Positions 13,571 through 27,010 of a stretch of DNA of 64,000 bases are shown in pieces. Origin of the DNA: Vicugna vicugna (taxonomy: Eukaryota); contig MU058636.1 of assembly GCA_013265495.1 (NCBI GenBank), positions 4,313,741-4,377,740 of the forward strand. The letters are read 5' to 3'. Under the pieces are notes generated by a model, which saw nothing but the letters and a program-made list of their open reading frames with translations, was not told the DNA's origin and made no database searches. How positions within the stretch are numbered: position 1 is the first letter of the stretch; every line of letters starts with the position of its first letter. The position numbers and the translations under genes were made by a program.

Positions 13571-14049
13571 TAAGTATTCACATTTTAAGTGTCCTTCTGT
13601 TTCCAGGAGAAATTGGACCTTGTCCAAACCAGAGGGCTTTAACTCATTTTGATTAACATATTCTACCATTTCGGGCTTTCACTGCCACAACCCTATATCC
13701 TATTTATTCACTTCAGTTCTGAGACCATCTTCTTTGACCAAGAAAACAAGGACAATATTGGAGCTGAGAATTTCTTTTACTATTTCACAATATTATAAAA
13801 CATGTCCCATACAGGAGGCTTGGGCTTTTCCTTAACATTTTCTTGTTTCTAAAATACAACTAGAAATTCATTCCTATTGCCCACACTATTCTTCCCCATC
13901 TGAGTTTTGAACATGTCTTAGGTCATTCTTTCAACGATGATTCCATTTTTGTGAACCCTTCACATTCGTCCTTGAATTTTGAAGAAACTCCTCACTGACC
14001 ATCATACCCTCCGCCTGAATTGGATGGTCCTTCTGGTTCTCTCACAGTA

Positions 14050-14345
14050 ATAGGTATCACCAATGTCACATAGGCTGAAACAGACATGAGGATCAATGAG
14101 TATTTGTCGAAGGATGATGTGTAAGATAAGACGCAGGGATAAAGAGAAGGTAGGGAGCATCTTCACCAGGGAGGACAGAGAAGCATAAGGATATTGTGAA
14201 GAGAGTGACCAGGGAAGTTTGTCTAAAGGAAAAGAATTCCCACAGGAAATGACCGAGTGAATGCTGGAGAGGTCATTGAATCATGATCATAGGGCCCTCA
14301 AACACTAGGCTAAAGAATCTGGGCTTTATTCTGTTTAAACAAGGA
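14050..14345 (-). mobile_element. L2-like fragments
   Basis: gatcatagggccctcaaacactaggctaaagaatctgggctttattctg; mixed orientation possible. Confidence 0.45.
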
Positions 14346-16364
14346 AAAGACATGCACAAATATGTGTTAGATTATACTGAGCTAATAAAGTTAATATGCA
14401 TTTTGAAGTTGTATTGGGATACATCCTAAGAGATCCCCAAATTTAATGTCAAGTGAGTCTCCAATCTCGGTGGTTTAACTAAGGTGAAGTTGAGGTCATT
14501 TAGGCATCCAGAAAAATAAATTCTTAAGTCAAAATAAAATTTTATTTGCCCAATGAATAAATGTCACTCAACTAATCTACTGATCAGTTTACTCATTTAA
14601 AAATTTTTTCCTAACACTGGGAGGAAAGAAGCAGTTTAAGATGACCTTTCAGAGAAATAAAATACAATTTATGAGATTGACCATAATACTTTATCACTGC
14701 TACCATGGAAACCAATAGCAGTTCTTCTCCTCACTGTGACATAAATCTTATATAAATTAGGAATCCCTTCTTAAACTGGGTTCTCCTTCAGTGCAATCAT
14801 TGGCAACAAACTGTAATTCATGGAGTCTGTCTGGCTCTTGAATACAGAATGTTGCATTAAAAAAATAGCCTGTAAACACGCAGGTCATTAAAGCATTTAT
14901 TTGCTTTAGTTTCAGGTACATAAATTCCTGGCGTTTCTGCTTGAAAAGTCCTGACAGCTGAAACAGCAGGAATTCATGAACCAGTAAGTTATTCTTAGAA
15001 AAGCCATTCAATGTAAAGTATACCAAACGGGCTCATATCTCAGTTCCAAATAAAAAGAGGACATGACTTGCCAAATTGTGTGTTTCCAAATTTTCCCTTA
15101 TATTCACCAAGCCACTGTTCTGCAGAGAAGAAAGCAGATACTGGAGGACTGAGTTAAAATTCAGCAGCCTGAGTCAGAGGTGAGGGCCCTGGGAAGCTAG
15201 CTCTCTGTGGGGTGCCAGCAAGCTGACTAAATTGAAGACTAGAAGCTGTTTATTGTTTAAGAAGTTGGAGTTTTCATTTGTGCCAGTGAAGGCAGATAGA
15301 CTGCTCGCATCAGGTGAGTTGTGCAGATTAGAAGCACGAGGTCAGATTCGCAATTTGTGACTGCATCCATCTCTTCAAGTTTGACAATGTGGAGGTGAAA
15401 TGTGCGTTGCATTTTGACTTAATCGTCTTGGATAAAATGTAAATAGCACTAGTTAGGCAGTCAATTTTATATTTAAGAGGAGCTTCAAATGCCTATTTTG
15501 CAGTATTATATTCTTTTTCCATTTTCATTTGCTGTTATAATTCACAGTAATACAATTCACTGTATTCACTTTCATTACATCACTCTGAGTACTCTGAAAA
15601 TGCTAAAACATATTGATCTGCATTGGCTCATTCTCCATAACAGAACTTCAAAGCGACAGCAGAATTTATGCTGCCGTATGAAGCGTCTCCTCACAGACAT
15701 GGTGCAGGGGTGGGGGGAGAGCGGGACGGAACGGCACAGGGTCTTACTGGGTTTCGGATTTACTTCATAGGATTAAAATTGCTGCTTCGTGTGTCACTGT
15801 GGATGTATGCACGTGCTCTGTCGTACCCACCTTTTCCACATGGTGGTACACAGAGAAAAGGACAGCCTCTGCTCAATACTTAGGGTTCAGAGCTGGATTT
15901 GTTAATAACTGGAAGCGAATCTTGGCTTTTCTTTGTCCCCTTGAGGGCTGAGGGCGTCAATACCCCCCACACACACCTGTAAGGCATTCATGACTCAAAG
16001 GCTGGGAAGCTTTGCTCGGGAATGACTGTGGTAATAACAAAACTCAAGAGTACAGCCAGGTGCTGAACAAGCACAAGATCTACCAACAGTTTTGCAGGGA
16101 AGTATCATCACAGTAAGGAAGTGTTGTAGAGTATTTTAGGAACCAAACCAAATCAAAATAAGAGGTAGGGGAGCCATTCAGAAGACGATGCAGGCATTAG
16201 TTACTATTCATAGTGTGACGATTTCCTGTCTAAAGGCCTTTAGAAAGTATCAATTCAGGGCTAATCTCCTATTGTATAATGAGGATAGGAAATGGAAATT
16301 ATTTACTTAGATACTCCTGAAAGTTCTCTTACCACATCAGTACGATATTGCAAGACTGCTCCAG

Positions 16365-16490
16365 AGGTTAAGCACACCAAGGCCCTGTGAGCCGAAGCTG
16401 ATGCTCTGGCCCCTGCTCACCACTGATGCCATTTGTGACCTTGAGCACCTCTCTGACTCACTGTGTGCTTCTCCCTCTGCATGTTGAAGC
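16365..16490 (+). mobile_element. MIR SINE fragment
   Basis: ggttaagcac...tgtgaccttgagcacctctctgactcactgt. Confidence 0.6.
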
Positions 16491-16920
16491 AGAGCAGAGT
16501 AAGACTTGCCCTCTCCCTTTTTTTTCATGGGAATAGAATGGAAAGAAATGAGGAGTTAAAAACTCAAGACTGAAAGAGTGAGACAGCTCAGCAGTGAGAG
16601 CCTGAGAGTCTCACATGGTGAGCAGTGCCTGCAGGTCAGAGCGGGAAGGCGGCCAGAGACATGACTAGTCCCCTTCTCAAACACAGCACCCCGGACGTCA
16701 GGGGCACAAGTCAGAGATGCCCCGATCCCTTTGCACAGGTGCTGCAAGGGCAGCAGGCACTGGCTAGGTTCACAGCTGTCTCTCATCGGCAATGCTTCTA
16801 CCTCCCAACGCGAGAATAGGATGTGGGACTTATGGGCCAGTTTCACAAACTGTCTTTAGGTGAAGAAAGTGGAGAGCACATTTAGCAACCTACCAAAGTA
16901 CATGAACCGCAATCACATGA

Positions 16921-17016
<96 letters not shown>

Positions 17017-17652
17017 TGAGTAACTTTTTAATAATTCTATTATGAGTACAATTTTAAGTAAAGGTTAAAAGGGGAGAATAGTACTTTTTAAAGGCTTGAC
17101 TTTGACTTGGATGTAGAGAAATGGGAGAAATAGGTTTTCACAAAGTACTCAGATTAATTATTACACTGAAAGAATTACTAAAAAAACCAAATTCCCAGTT
17201 TTACTAGAAGACAGATATAAAGGCTGTCTTTAACCTTGTCTTCTCAAGTTTGGGTCATTTCCACAATATTTTAGCATCTTCTTTTTTTCTAACCCTTGCT
17301 AACTTCCCTATATACTTTCTTAAAACATTAATCTACCAAGGATGTGACCAAAAAGACAGAAGCCAAAATCACCTCGCATATTTGTTCTACTCTTACACTC
17401 TGACCTAATGTAATATCCCAATAGATTATTTTTGGCCACTTTCCTGGTCACGGCCCTGCTGTTTGTCCCTGAGGCTGGTGGTTCTCTGTATCTCCTGACT
17501 GTTCCTTGATGTCCCCCCTCTGCTCATCCAGCAGAGTGCTTTTGGAGACAGATGTCCATACTTCCACCATCATCAGTGGCTCATATTCTAATTACATGTG
17601 ACTGAAATGGAGTATTAAGTTTGCCTAATTTACTCACCCATGCTATTTGTAG

Positions 17653-17724
17653 ATATCTCAACCACAACTGCATTACCGCTCTCAGACCTGGAGTATTCAG
17701 AGACTTACATCAGCTAACTTGGCT
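17653..17724 (+). CDS. RXFP2: RXFP2 exon 7, LRR (72 nt)
   Basis: tttgtag| and CT|gtgagt; [24 protein letters not shown]. Confidence 0.96.
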
Positions 17725-17997
17725 GTGAGTATTCTAGTTTTTCCTCCCCTCGTGAAGGTTCGCAGTCCAAGTGATACTCATCGAGGCTCACGGTTTCCAT
17801 TTATTTATGTGTGCTGTTTCTTACACTTATTTTTCTGCTTGTCACATCATCTGGAGCACTGTATTCAAGCCGTTCAGATCATGGCAGAGCAAATGGTAGT
17901 CATGCAAAGAGAGATCAGTGCCATGCTCTTCCAGGTGGCCTTCTGAGCCCAGCAGTGGGCTAGCGAAGTCAGCTGTGCATCCAGGGTTTACCTGTAG

Positions 17998-18215
17998 CAG
18001 AACTTCTCAACCCAGCTCTGTTGGCATTTTGGCCCAGATAATTCTCTAATTGGGGTGAAGGGGTGTGTCCTGAGCATTTTAGGATGTTTTGTGCCATCTG
18101 TGGCCTCTACCCCACTAGATGGTATTCACTCCCAGAGTTGTGACAACCAACAATTTCTCCAGACAGTCCCAGATGTCCCTTGAGGGGAAAAGTGCCCTCT
18201 GGTGAAAAATCACTG
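17998..18215 (-). mobile_element. MER20 DNA transposon, full length
   Basis: cagaacttctcaacc...tggcctctaccccactagatg...gttgtgacaacc...tctccagaca...aaaatcactg; reverse complement of MER20 with both ends. Confidence 0.9.
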
Positions 18216-18519
18216 ACCTAGAAAGCAGAAAGGTTACGGACTGTTTTGATTTCCAGAGAAGTCATAGAAAAGTCTGGAAATATGGTAGATTGTGGTGTTT
18301 CAACACTTTCCAGGCTAAGCCATCACTTCTGTCCCAAGTGGTGTCAGAACAGAAGTCCATGTTTTCATCAGGAAAAATGAACACAGGGCCCTCAGAAGGC
18401 CGTGTCCACCTTCCCGTGCTCTGTAGGGCAGCCCGGTCGAGTGGGAAAAGCCGCGACTGCAGCTTCACCCCCATCTTTGCGTATGCCACGGCCCCCAGCT
18501 TCGTGCTCCAGGCAATTTT

Positions 18520-18662
18520 CTTAATCTTCTTAGGCCTCTTTTTCTTCATCTTTAAACTATAATCATAATTCCTTTTTCTAAGAGGGATGTTGTGAGAATT
18601 AAATCACATAACATATATAAAGTGCCACATGCACAATGCCTGGCACATAGTAGGTGCTCAGT
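18520..18662 (+). mobile_element. MIR SINE 3' part
   Basis: gttgtgagaattaaat...tgcctggcacatagtaggtgctca. Confidence 0.7.
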
Positions 18663-19220
18663 GTGGCTCCCTTCTCCAAATCCTACCTTCAGGTCCCTCT
18701 GAGAGTTTAAGGAAATGGGGCCTGGTTTCAAAGGCAACAAGAGAAAAGAAAGCATATTTCTCCTTATCTATTTTTTTCTAAGAAAATACCATATAGAGTT
18801 AAAAACAGTGATTTGAATTTGTAAATCTTTTCACCCTTTCACCCTCAAAGCTCCTAATGAGATTTTTGTTTGTTTGTTTTGTTTGTTTTGCATAGACCTC
18901 ACAAAATACATCATTTAAACACCATGAGACCAAGGAACCACTTGTGATTTCCTAAGAATTTTTTTTTCATTTATTCTTCATTCAATCAGTAGGTCAAAGC
19001 ATTTATGAAGCTCATATTCAGCCAATAAATAAGAGCAGCTTGTCTGGACCCAGGTATCCAGAGGTAAAGGACCTTAAGTCCCACAGGAGGTGGATGGATG
19101 CAGGGGGAGAAGACCATCAGGATGGACTTGACAAGTGCTGAGATGAGGGTTGTGGGGATTTGGAGGAAAGTGCTGCTCCAACCACAGGGTGAAGGAAAAA
19201 CTCTCTGGGAAGAGACCTGA

Positions 19221-19421
<201 letters not shown>

Positions 19422-20453
19422 TAAGTACTCATCTACCTTTCAATCCATCCGTCTATAAATTGCAATGACATCTAAAGCTAGCTTTTAAAAAGAGATTTAA
19501 GAAAATCAAGCCCCCTAAAATTTCCATTAGCCAGAAATTCTTCTGTATTTCAAGCCACAATTACTGTTGCGACGTCCTGCTGGTGGCTCATGGTATATTT
19601 TTAAGCCTACCAGGTCATTTCCTTTTGATCTCTTTTAATTCCCTTTAGCCCTAAGGCATGTTTTTATTTGCAGTGGTTGACCAAAGATAGTATTCGTTTT
19701 TATTTAAATCTGTTAGATTCTCCCAGGAGCTCACATCCAACTATACTTTTAACAAAGGAAAATGTGCCTTTACCCAGCAAGAGTCACTAAAAATTCCAAA
19801 ATCTTTGCCTTTATCAACTGAGCTTTTCTCCCAATTACATTTTCACTGTCTGTTAATACCCTGGGATGATTTGTCAGCAGGGGATCATTAATGTTCCCTT
19901 ACAGTTGATCATATAGCATCGTTATTTTTCCGTTTATGAAAAGGGACCACAATATCATACGTTAATTGTGCAGCTTAACATGCTCATGAGTTGTTTTCCT
20001 CCCAAATGCCCCCTTCTATCACTTCTTAGATTTCATGCAGTTTCTAATGTGGCCTTTTAATATTGTAAATGATTAATGTTTCCCTTAAGATGAAACTTTA
20101 AATGTATGATGCTGGAAATGATGGCAGATTTGAAGTTTATAAGGAAAATTACCATGAACTTCAAAATTATTACCCAGTATATCCTTTTGTTTCATCTCAT
20201 AAAATGAAACTGTTTCACATTTATTCCAGGTTATGTGTCACGCGTATGCATTCATAGTTTCTCTGACATCTGCTCTCTTACCCATGCCATACACAAATCT
20301 AGAGACCGTTTTGAAGTGGCAGTTATGCTTATATACTTCATCCTAATGTATCGATTTTTAGCATGCAAGCTTCCAAATTCTGGAAATGGTAACAATATTA
20401 TTCTTAAAGTGGCAAATGATTTTGTTTCTAATTAATCTCTTCTTTGTTCAAAG

Positions 20454-20525
20454 GTCTATGGTGAATAACTACTTAGAAGCCCTTCCTACCCGGATGTGTG
20501 CCCAAATGCCTCGCCTCAACTGGAT
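20454..20525 (+). CDS. RXFP2: RXFP2 exon 9, LRR (72 nt)
   Basis: gttcaaag| and AT|gtaagt; [24 protein letters not shown]. Confidence 0.96.
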
Positions 20526-20609
20526 GTAAGTATGCACTTAGGAGCTTATTTGTTATTTGCCCAGATTAAGGAAACCAGCCCTAAAATTAATTCACAATCA
20601 CATGAGAAT

Positions 20610-21170
20610 CTCATCTCTGCTTTTCTTTCTAAAACCAGTGTCTGATCATGTTACTTCCTGGTTTAAAACTCTTGAGAATCCCCACAGGTTTGAGGGCAAA
20701 GTTCAGACTTTCCCATTTAGCACCAGAGACCCCTCATCTTCTGTCCCTTCCTCCACCTTCCCCTGGGACCTCTTTCCCGGCCCCTTCTCCTCACATGCCT
20801 TCCTTCCAGATGCACCTGCAGTCAGTTCCCTGAGCACAGACTGTTCCTTAATCTTGAAAGGCCTTGCTTCTTTATCCTTTTGGTTAACTCCAACATTTCC
20901 TTCCAAAGTCAGTTTAAACATCACCTTCAGGAAGCTGTCCCTGACACACCAACCAGCTCAGCGGCTGCCTCGTGCTCCCATTACACCAGGAGCAGCCTCC
21001 AGCACACCTGCCCCACTCCACACTGCACCCCTGTCTCAGGGCACCATCATCACAGAACCAGCGGTTTACCCATCTGTCCTCTACCACTTGGTAAACTCTG
21101 TGATTTTATACCCCAGCGTTGGCGCAATGATCAGCACATAATAGTGCTCAGCAAAACTTTGTGAAATGAA
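20610..21170 (+). mobile_element. L2 LINE 3' end
   Basis: ctgatcatgttacttcctggtttaaaactctt...catcaccttcaggaagctgtccctgac...cacataatagtgctcagcaaaactttgtgaaatgaa. Confidence 0.75.
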
Positions 21171-22459
21171 CGTGCTAAACCTCTTTCGCTCCTCGTTAGC
21201 TTTGAACCGGTACATGTTTAAAGCCTTCGTTTAAGTTACACTGTGGCTTAAGTTACCATTCTGCCATGTTCATCTTCAGGATCTCCTGAGACAGGCAGGA
21301 CTGGCAGTCACTTCCCGCCCCGTGGAAATGCTGATTTACCCTGCGCCCCAGAACTCTCCTCGTTGTCAAATTGGGGAACTTAATAATCACGATCTGAAGA
21401 AACTTTAGTACCTCAGCTTTTGACCCTCTCTGAGCTAGCCTCAGAGTTACTTGTGACAACACTACTAGGTGATCTTGTGTTTATTTGCTGACTTAAAAAA
21501 ATTATTTATATACCTGTTATCAAAAGGCTCTTAAGGCATTTGGGGTCTCATGTAAATGTGCCAAATGTTAAAAATGAAAATCTGAAAAACATGCAAATAA
21601 AACTCATTATGAACAAGTGAAAAATACTTAGAAACTGAACAAGTACATCCTCACAATGGGAAACCAGCAAGAAGGAGTAAAATGAACAGAAAAAAGACCA
21701 GGATCCCAGCCTGCCCCCATCCCATCCCCATGGGCATCAGCAACAAAAAGGAGACCAGGAAGCAGCGTCGAAAGCCTGGGTTCCGAGGACACTCATTTTC
21801 ACTCTGGTCTTCCACAGACACTGGGGGAAAATAGACACCCAATGAAAATACATAGTTAGCAAGGTTGCCTGATCACAAATGAGAGCTGAGAGGTCAGACC
21901 TGAACTGCCCCAGTTTAAAGGCAGAAAAAAACTTGCCTCGTCCACGCTTCTCCTTCCTTACTTGCTATCAAATAGGACTGTTTGTTGCTCACTGCTCCAA
22001 AGTGGTGTGCTTATGAGATGTAAAAGCATTTCCCCATCCTATTTAACAATATTGAGACTTTCAAGAGAGTGCAGTTCTGTAATCAAGACTGTATTTTAAG
22101 AGTGAAAAAAAAATTGAGTTCCTACCAGACCTCCAAGATGGCTTTAAAATCAGATTTTAAGGGCAATGACAAAGAGATTGGTGATTTTAGTGTGAATGTG
22201 AGAAAGGTTCAGAGGCAGCAAAACAGCTGTTGTCATACACGGAGGAGACAGTAAGAAGCTGACTGTAGAAAGAAGTTAGGAGACTTGGCAGAAGAGTCGA
22301 CCCTCTCATCCTTGACGCTGCTGGGAGCGGTCATGTCAGAGTGTTCCCGAGGCTGTTCCCTGAGTATGTGGGATGCTGCTGTCATAAGGTCCACCTGGCA
22401 GAATCCAGTCTCTCCACCGGTGCCTCTCGAACGTCAGCATTTATCACAAACAACGCGAG

Positions 22460-22597
22460 GACTTAAGACAGATGGTTGGACCTCAGGCCTAGAGTTTCTG
22501 ATTCAGTGGGTCTGGGGAGGAGCCTGGGAATTTGCGTTTTAACAAGTTCCCAGGTGATGCTGAGGCCTGGTTCCAGGCACCCTTGGAGCAGCCCTGC
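22460..22597. mobile_element. MER5A-like hAT MITE
   Basis: agagtttctgattcagtgggtctgggg...gaatttgcgttttaacaagttcccaggtgatgctgag. Confidence 0.85.
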
Positions 22598-22789
22598 ACT
22601 CAGCACCTGCGTCACTGAGGGAGGCAGAAAGAGCAGGCACCGTCTATCACAGAGCTTGGGACTCATATCCTGACTCTGGCGTCCAGTGTTTGGAAGGTAA
22701 TTTGGGCTGAACTTCTCCTTCTGCAAAATACAGACACAAATGTCTACCTGATCTTGGGGGCATGTGAGCATATAACGATCTGCGATGCC

Positions 22790-23010
22790 ATGGTCAAGTA
22801 GACGTTAGATTCAGACAGATCTGGGTTAGAAGGTCAGCTCTGCCAGTTAACAGCTGTGTGATCAGAAGAAAAGTGAATTTCCAAGATCCTCTGATTCTTC
22901 TTATATTAAATGGTGGGGGTTGGTAATAAATCCAACTTCTCAGGAGTGTATGTTATGCACTCAGAATAGTACCTGACACTGTAAAAACCCAAAAATCAGT
23001 AGTTACCACT
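22790..23010 (+). mobile_element. MIR SINE
   Basis: cagacagatctgggtt...cagctctgcca...agctgtgtga...agaatagtacctgacac. Confidence 0.65.
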
Positions 23011-23292
23011 GTTACGGTGGCAATGTTATGATATTTAATAGCGTGGTATCCATCACAGACAGACATTCACTAAATGGTGGACTGCCCTTTCCCTCAGTTT
23101 TATTAATTTCTAATATTAATTGGAAGGGGAAAGAAGCATGATATTAATAACACGGACCCTGCGATAATTCAAAGGAGTGCATAAAAATTGGAATGAAGGA
23201 AAAATAAAGTTCAGAACTGTCATATCACCAAAAAGTGCCTCTAGACGTATGATTTGTGCAAAAACATTAAAACTACTTTTTCTTCCTTTTAG

Positions 23293-23364
23293 GGATTTGG
23301 AAGGCAATGGAATAAAATACCTCACAAATTCCACCTTTCAGTTTTGCAATTCACTCACAGTGCT
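23293..23364 (+). CDS. RXFP2: RXFP2 exon 10, LRR (72 nt)
   Basis: ccttttag| and CT|gtaagt; [24 protein letters not shown]. Confidence 0.96.
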
Positions 23365-24803
23365 GTAAGTATACAACAGAATTCAGTAAATGAGGGGAAA
23401 CCCAGTAGCTCTGGGAATCAAAAGAAAACATTGACAGAGTTTTTAAAGTACGTTTTGTTTACAGCCTGGGTCTGAAACTGCAGTACTAGAAAATGCACAC
23501 ATGGATCTATTGATCTTGATGTTGGGGCCAAGCCTTCTGTTTAGCTGCCAGTCATTTAAGCCTCCTTCTTTCTGAGAGCAGTCATCACTTCTGTGCACTC
23601 TCTCAGCTGGGCTGATAGCTAACCCCATGCTCCAAGGAAGTGAGGAAATGTACGTGAAAGTGGTTAGCTGTACGATCATCAGTTGCTCCTGCCAATGACA
23701 CTTAACACTTGATGCTTCTCTCTGTAAAGAAAAGAAAATTATTCGGAAGGGAAGAACCTCTGATGTATTCAGATTGGCCAAAGACTGGTGATTTTGATTG
23801 CCGATTATGTTTTTTTAAGGGGGTAGGAAGGCAGATGGATTAGTTAATTGGCACATTTGTGCTGGTAAACTTAAAAACAAAAGAATTTGCTTTAGTTTTA
23901 ATCATAGTTCTCCATATATAGTAAGTACTTAGTAAACTAACAAAGATTTTGTTGATTGGATGGGTGATTGGAAAAGAAAATTTAGGGTATATCCATTTGA
24001 AGTAGTCTAACCAATTTTCTCCAACAAACTAAGCAGTAAAGGCTACTTACTGCCAGTTTGCAAATTTATCAATCAGATTGAAGATTAGCACATTTAATGA
24101 GAAAAGAGGCTATCCCACATAGGAGACACAAAGAATTTATTCTTCCCCTCATAGATTATGAGAGAGAACACTGGAAAACTGAACGGTAATGACATGGACA
24201 TCTTCTATTTTATAGCTCCATGTAGCTTTTGAATCTCTTCCATACTCATTATCTCATTTGTTAACACCTCTGTAAGGCAGTTAGCTGCCAGCCCCCTCTT
24301 TTCTGCCGTTTGTTTTGGGGGATTCCATTTCTAGACAAAGGAAATGTAAAACCACTGCCCCACCAAACAAATTTAAAATTTGTTTGTGGCTCAAAGGGGT
24401 TGGTTCAGGCTTTGCTCTTTCTGGCCTTCTCGTAAGGAAACATGCCTTACGCAAAGATCCTCTTGAAGCTTTCTCTGAGAATTATTAGCAGGGTCCAAAT
24501 TTGATATTACATGTGTGTTTATTGGGAAAAAACACTTCCTCAAATAATCAAAATCCAAACCAAGTTCAGTCCTATAGACCACGCTCAGCATCTCAAGTTC
24601 CTTAGGGCAGCCTGTCCCGAAGAGCATGTGGATACATCCTTGGTGAGAAACTCCTGCCTTGTTTTCCACACCAGAACAGGTCTTGCTTTAAGACTTCAAA
24701 GGAGGCGTATTAGGTTACACCCAGCTCAATGGCATCTCCTAATGAGAACTGATTATTACAGCAGACACAAACCAACAGTGCTGACTCTCACCATGTCTTA
24801 CAG

Positions 24804-24875
24804 GTTTCTGCCTAGAAATCAAATTGATTTTGTTCCAGAGAAGACATTTTCTTCATTAAAAAATTTAGGAGAACT
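24804..24875 (+). CDS. RXFP2: RXFP2 exon 11, LRR (72 nt)
   Basis: ttacag| and CT|gtaagt; [24 protein letters not shown]. Confidence 0.96.
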
Positions 24876-25108
24876 GTAAGTAGCATTGTCTACTAGGAAA
24901 ATATGATTGCTTCTTCAAGATTATAAATTTGAATGACTAGTGAGACTGCTTTTCCACTAGTAGCAATCAAAATCCTGTAGACTACTGGATATCCAAAATC
25001 AATTAAGAAAACCAACATTATCCCAAAAGCAGATTAAAAATCAGACAGTGGGCTTAATATGGATTTAGCCTCCTCTAATTTCCCTGCCTATTTTCTTTGG
25101 GTGATTTC

Positions 25109-25138
25109 ATATATATATATATATATGTGTGTGTGTGT
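25109..25138. repeat. (AT)n(GT)n microsatellite
   Basis: atatatatatatatatatgtgtgtgtgtgt. Confidence 0.85.
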
Positions 25139-26849
25139 TTGGGAGGAAATGAGTTTTCCATAGCTCTTAAACACAGGGATCCTTGTCTCTAATGGCTGGA
25201 GTACAATTAATTCTCAATGAATGTTTGCTGAATGAAAAACTGACTGATTAAAATAATGTAATAATAATTATAACTGAACAAAGGAATGAAGATGCTTATT
25301 ATCGCTTGAGAAATTATATTTCTAGAGCAGATGAAGCAAATACAAATGTCTAGAAAGAGGATTAGGCTTATTGAAAATATTCAGGGAGCTCATGTACTTT
25401 TTTTATTCAAATATGTGTTTTGTAGACCTAAGCCTTTTGAAAAGCATCTGTCTTACTATTAATTCATTGCTCACTACCCACATTGTGTATATCATTGGAA
25501 TTTAAAATTGTCTGTTGCATTACAAATACTGGTGATTAGGGCAGAGAACCCCTTCTCCTGATCTGAAGTCTAAAAATGGAAATTAATTTCTTAATCACCT
25601 TCTCTCCCACTCTTTATACCTTGCTTTGAAATCCAGAAGGGACTGAGAAAAGTAACTCAGTAAGAGTAATTTGAAAAACAATTCAAGAATAATAAAGATT
25701 ATTCACTCTAGTAACTATCATAAAACAAATCCACAAATATTTAGTAAGCGCCTAGAATATGCAAAGCACTGCATTAGAACTAAACTATTATCATTTTATG
25801 GCAAAAAAAAATTAAAGGAAGCTCACTCAGAAGAGCTCACTCTTTGCTCACAGGGACATTCCTGATCAGACCTTGGAGGATGGATATGGATTTGGGTTAA
25901 GAGGTGGAATGGAGGAGCAGCCAGGACAAACAGGAGTGTGTTTTTATAAAAACTTAAGGAAACAGTGGTATAGAATCCACACTCTAAACGTTTTCCTACA
26001 CTTAGGCAAAGCCACCGCCCACCAAAAAGAAGAGCCTAGTTAAGATACTAGCTTACTTTTCTAAAGACTACCACCAATTCACTGCAACCTCGGTAGTGTC
26101 AGTACGAAGGAAGAAATTCAGAACTTAATAGAATTAGCTTGAACAAAGGCATTTATAGTTCTTGTGTTTACAAAAGTGTTAGATAATTTTACTGCGCCCT
26201 TACGGCCACAAACCCCTCCTGCGGAGGAATAAGCACACTTACGTAAGGCCACCGAGGTTGTTTCTATGCAAAAGACTGTACTTTATTTTTCAAGGCAACA
26301 CTTTGCAGGATGTTTTCCAGGTGTACCATGTGCAAGACTGTCATTCTCTTGCTCTGTTGTCATGCTCCCTCTGGCCTGTGCACACTTGTGGCTTTCCTTC
26401 TGCTCCATGACCCATGTATGCTCCTGGCATCTGGAGCACCGGCTCAGCCTTCCCATCTGGCAGCCTGTCTATGCATGGATGTCATGACAGCCCCTCAGAA
26501 ACAATCTGTTAAAATTAATTTACAGGTGATCCAGCTTCTTCCCCAGACTTGCCTGCTTTGTGGTATCGGCACGCTTGCCGGCAGCCTGGCTGGAAGACTC
26601 AGCCCTTTCCTTCTGCCTCTCTTCACACTTGATGTCCTATCAGACTGTAAGCCCTACTAGTGCCTCCTTAAACCCTCATCAGCTCTAACCTGGTCCAGGG
26701 TCACAGTCTCTCACCAGGACTCTCTTCTGACTCTTTGACTTTTCATCTTATCTTTCCTTCTTCTGACAGAATTGTCATCCCATAACCCAGAGCACATTTT
26801 GCTACCGTCCTCCCTCCTTGTTGCCTGCCTTATAGCAAAGTCCTTGACA

Positions 26850-27010
26850 TAGTTCTCAAATGTTAATGATCAGAAGAATCACAGGGGATGCTGGCTTTAA
26901 ATACATGTTACCAGCCTCCCTCCCAGAAATTCGGATGTGACAGTTCTGGAGGGGGCACCTCTTTTTATCTCTTTATTCTGATGCCTGAGCCATACTCTGG
27001 GAAACACTGC
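26850..27010. mobile_element. MER5-like MITE nested in L2-like sequence
   Basis: tagttctcaaa...gaatcac...gggaaacactg ends typical of MER5. Confidence 0.55.

Noticed and set aside
20557..21141. 194-aa ORF, the longest in the track
   Set aside because: Lies in a decayed pyrimidine-rich L2 3' end, starts at TTG, Ser/Pro-biased
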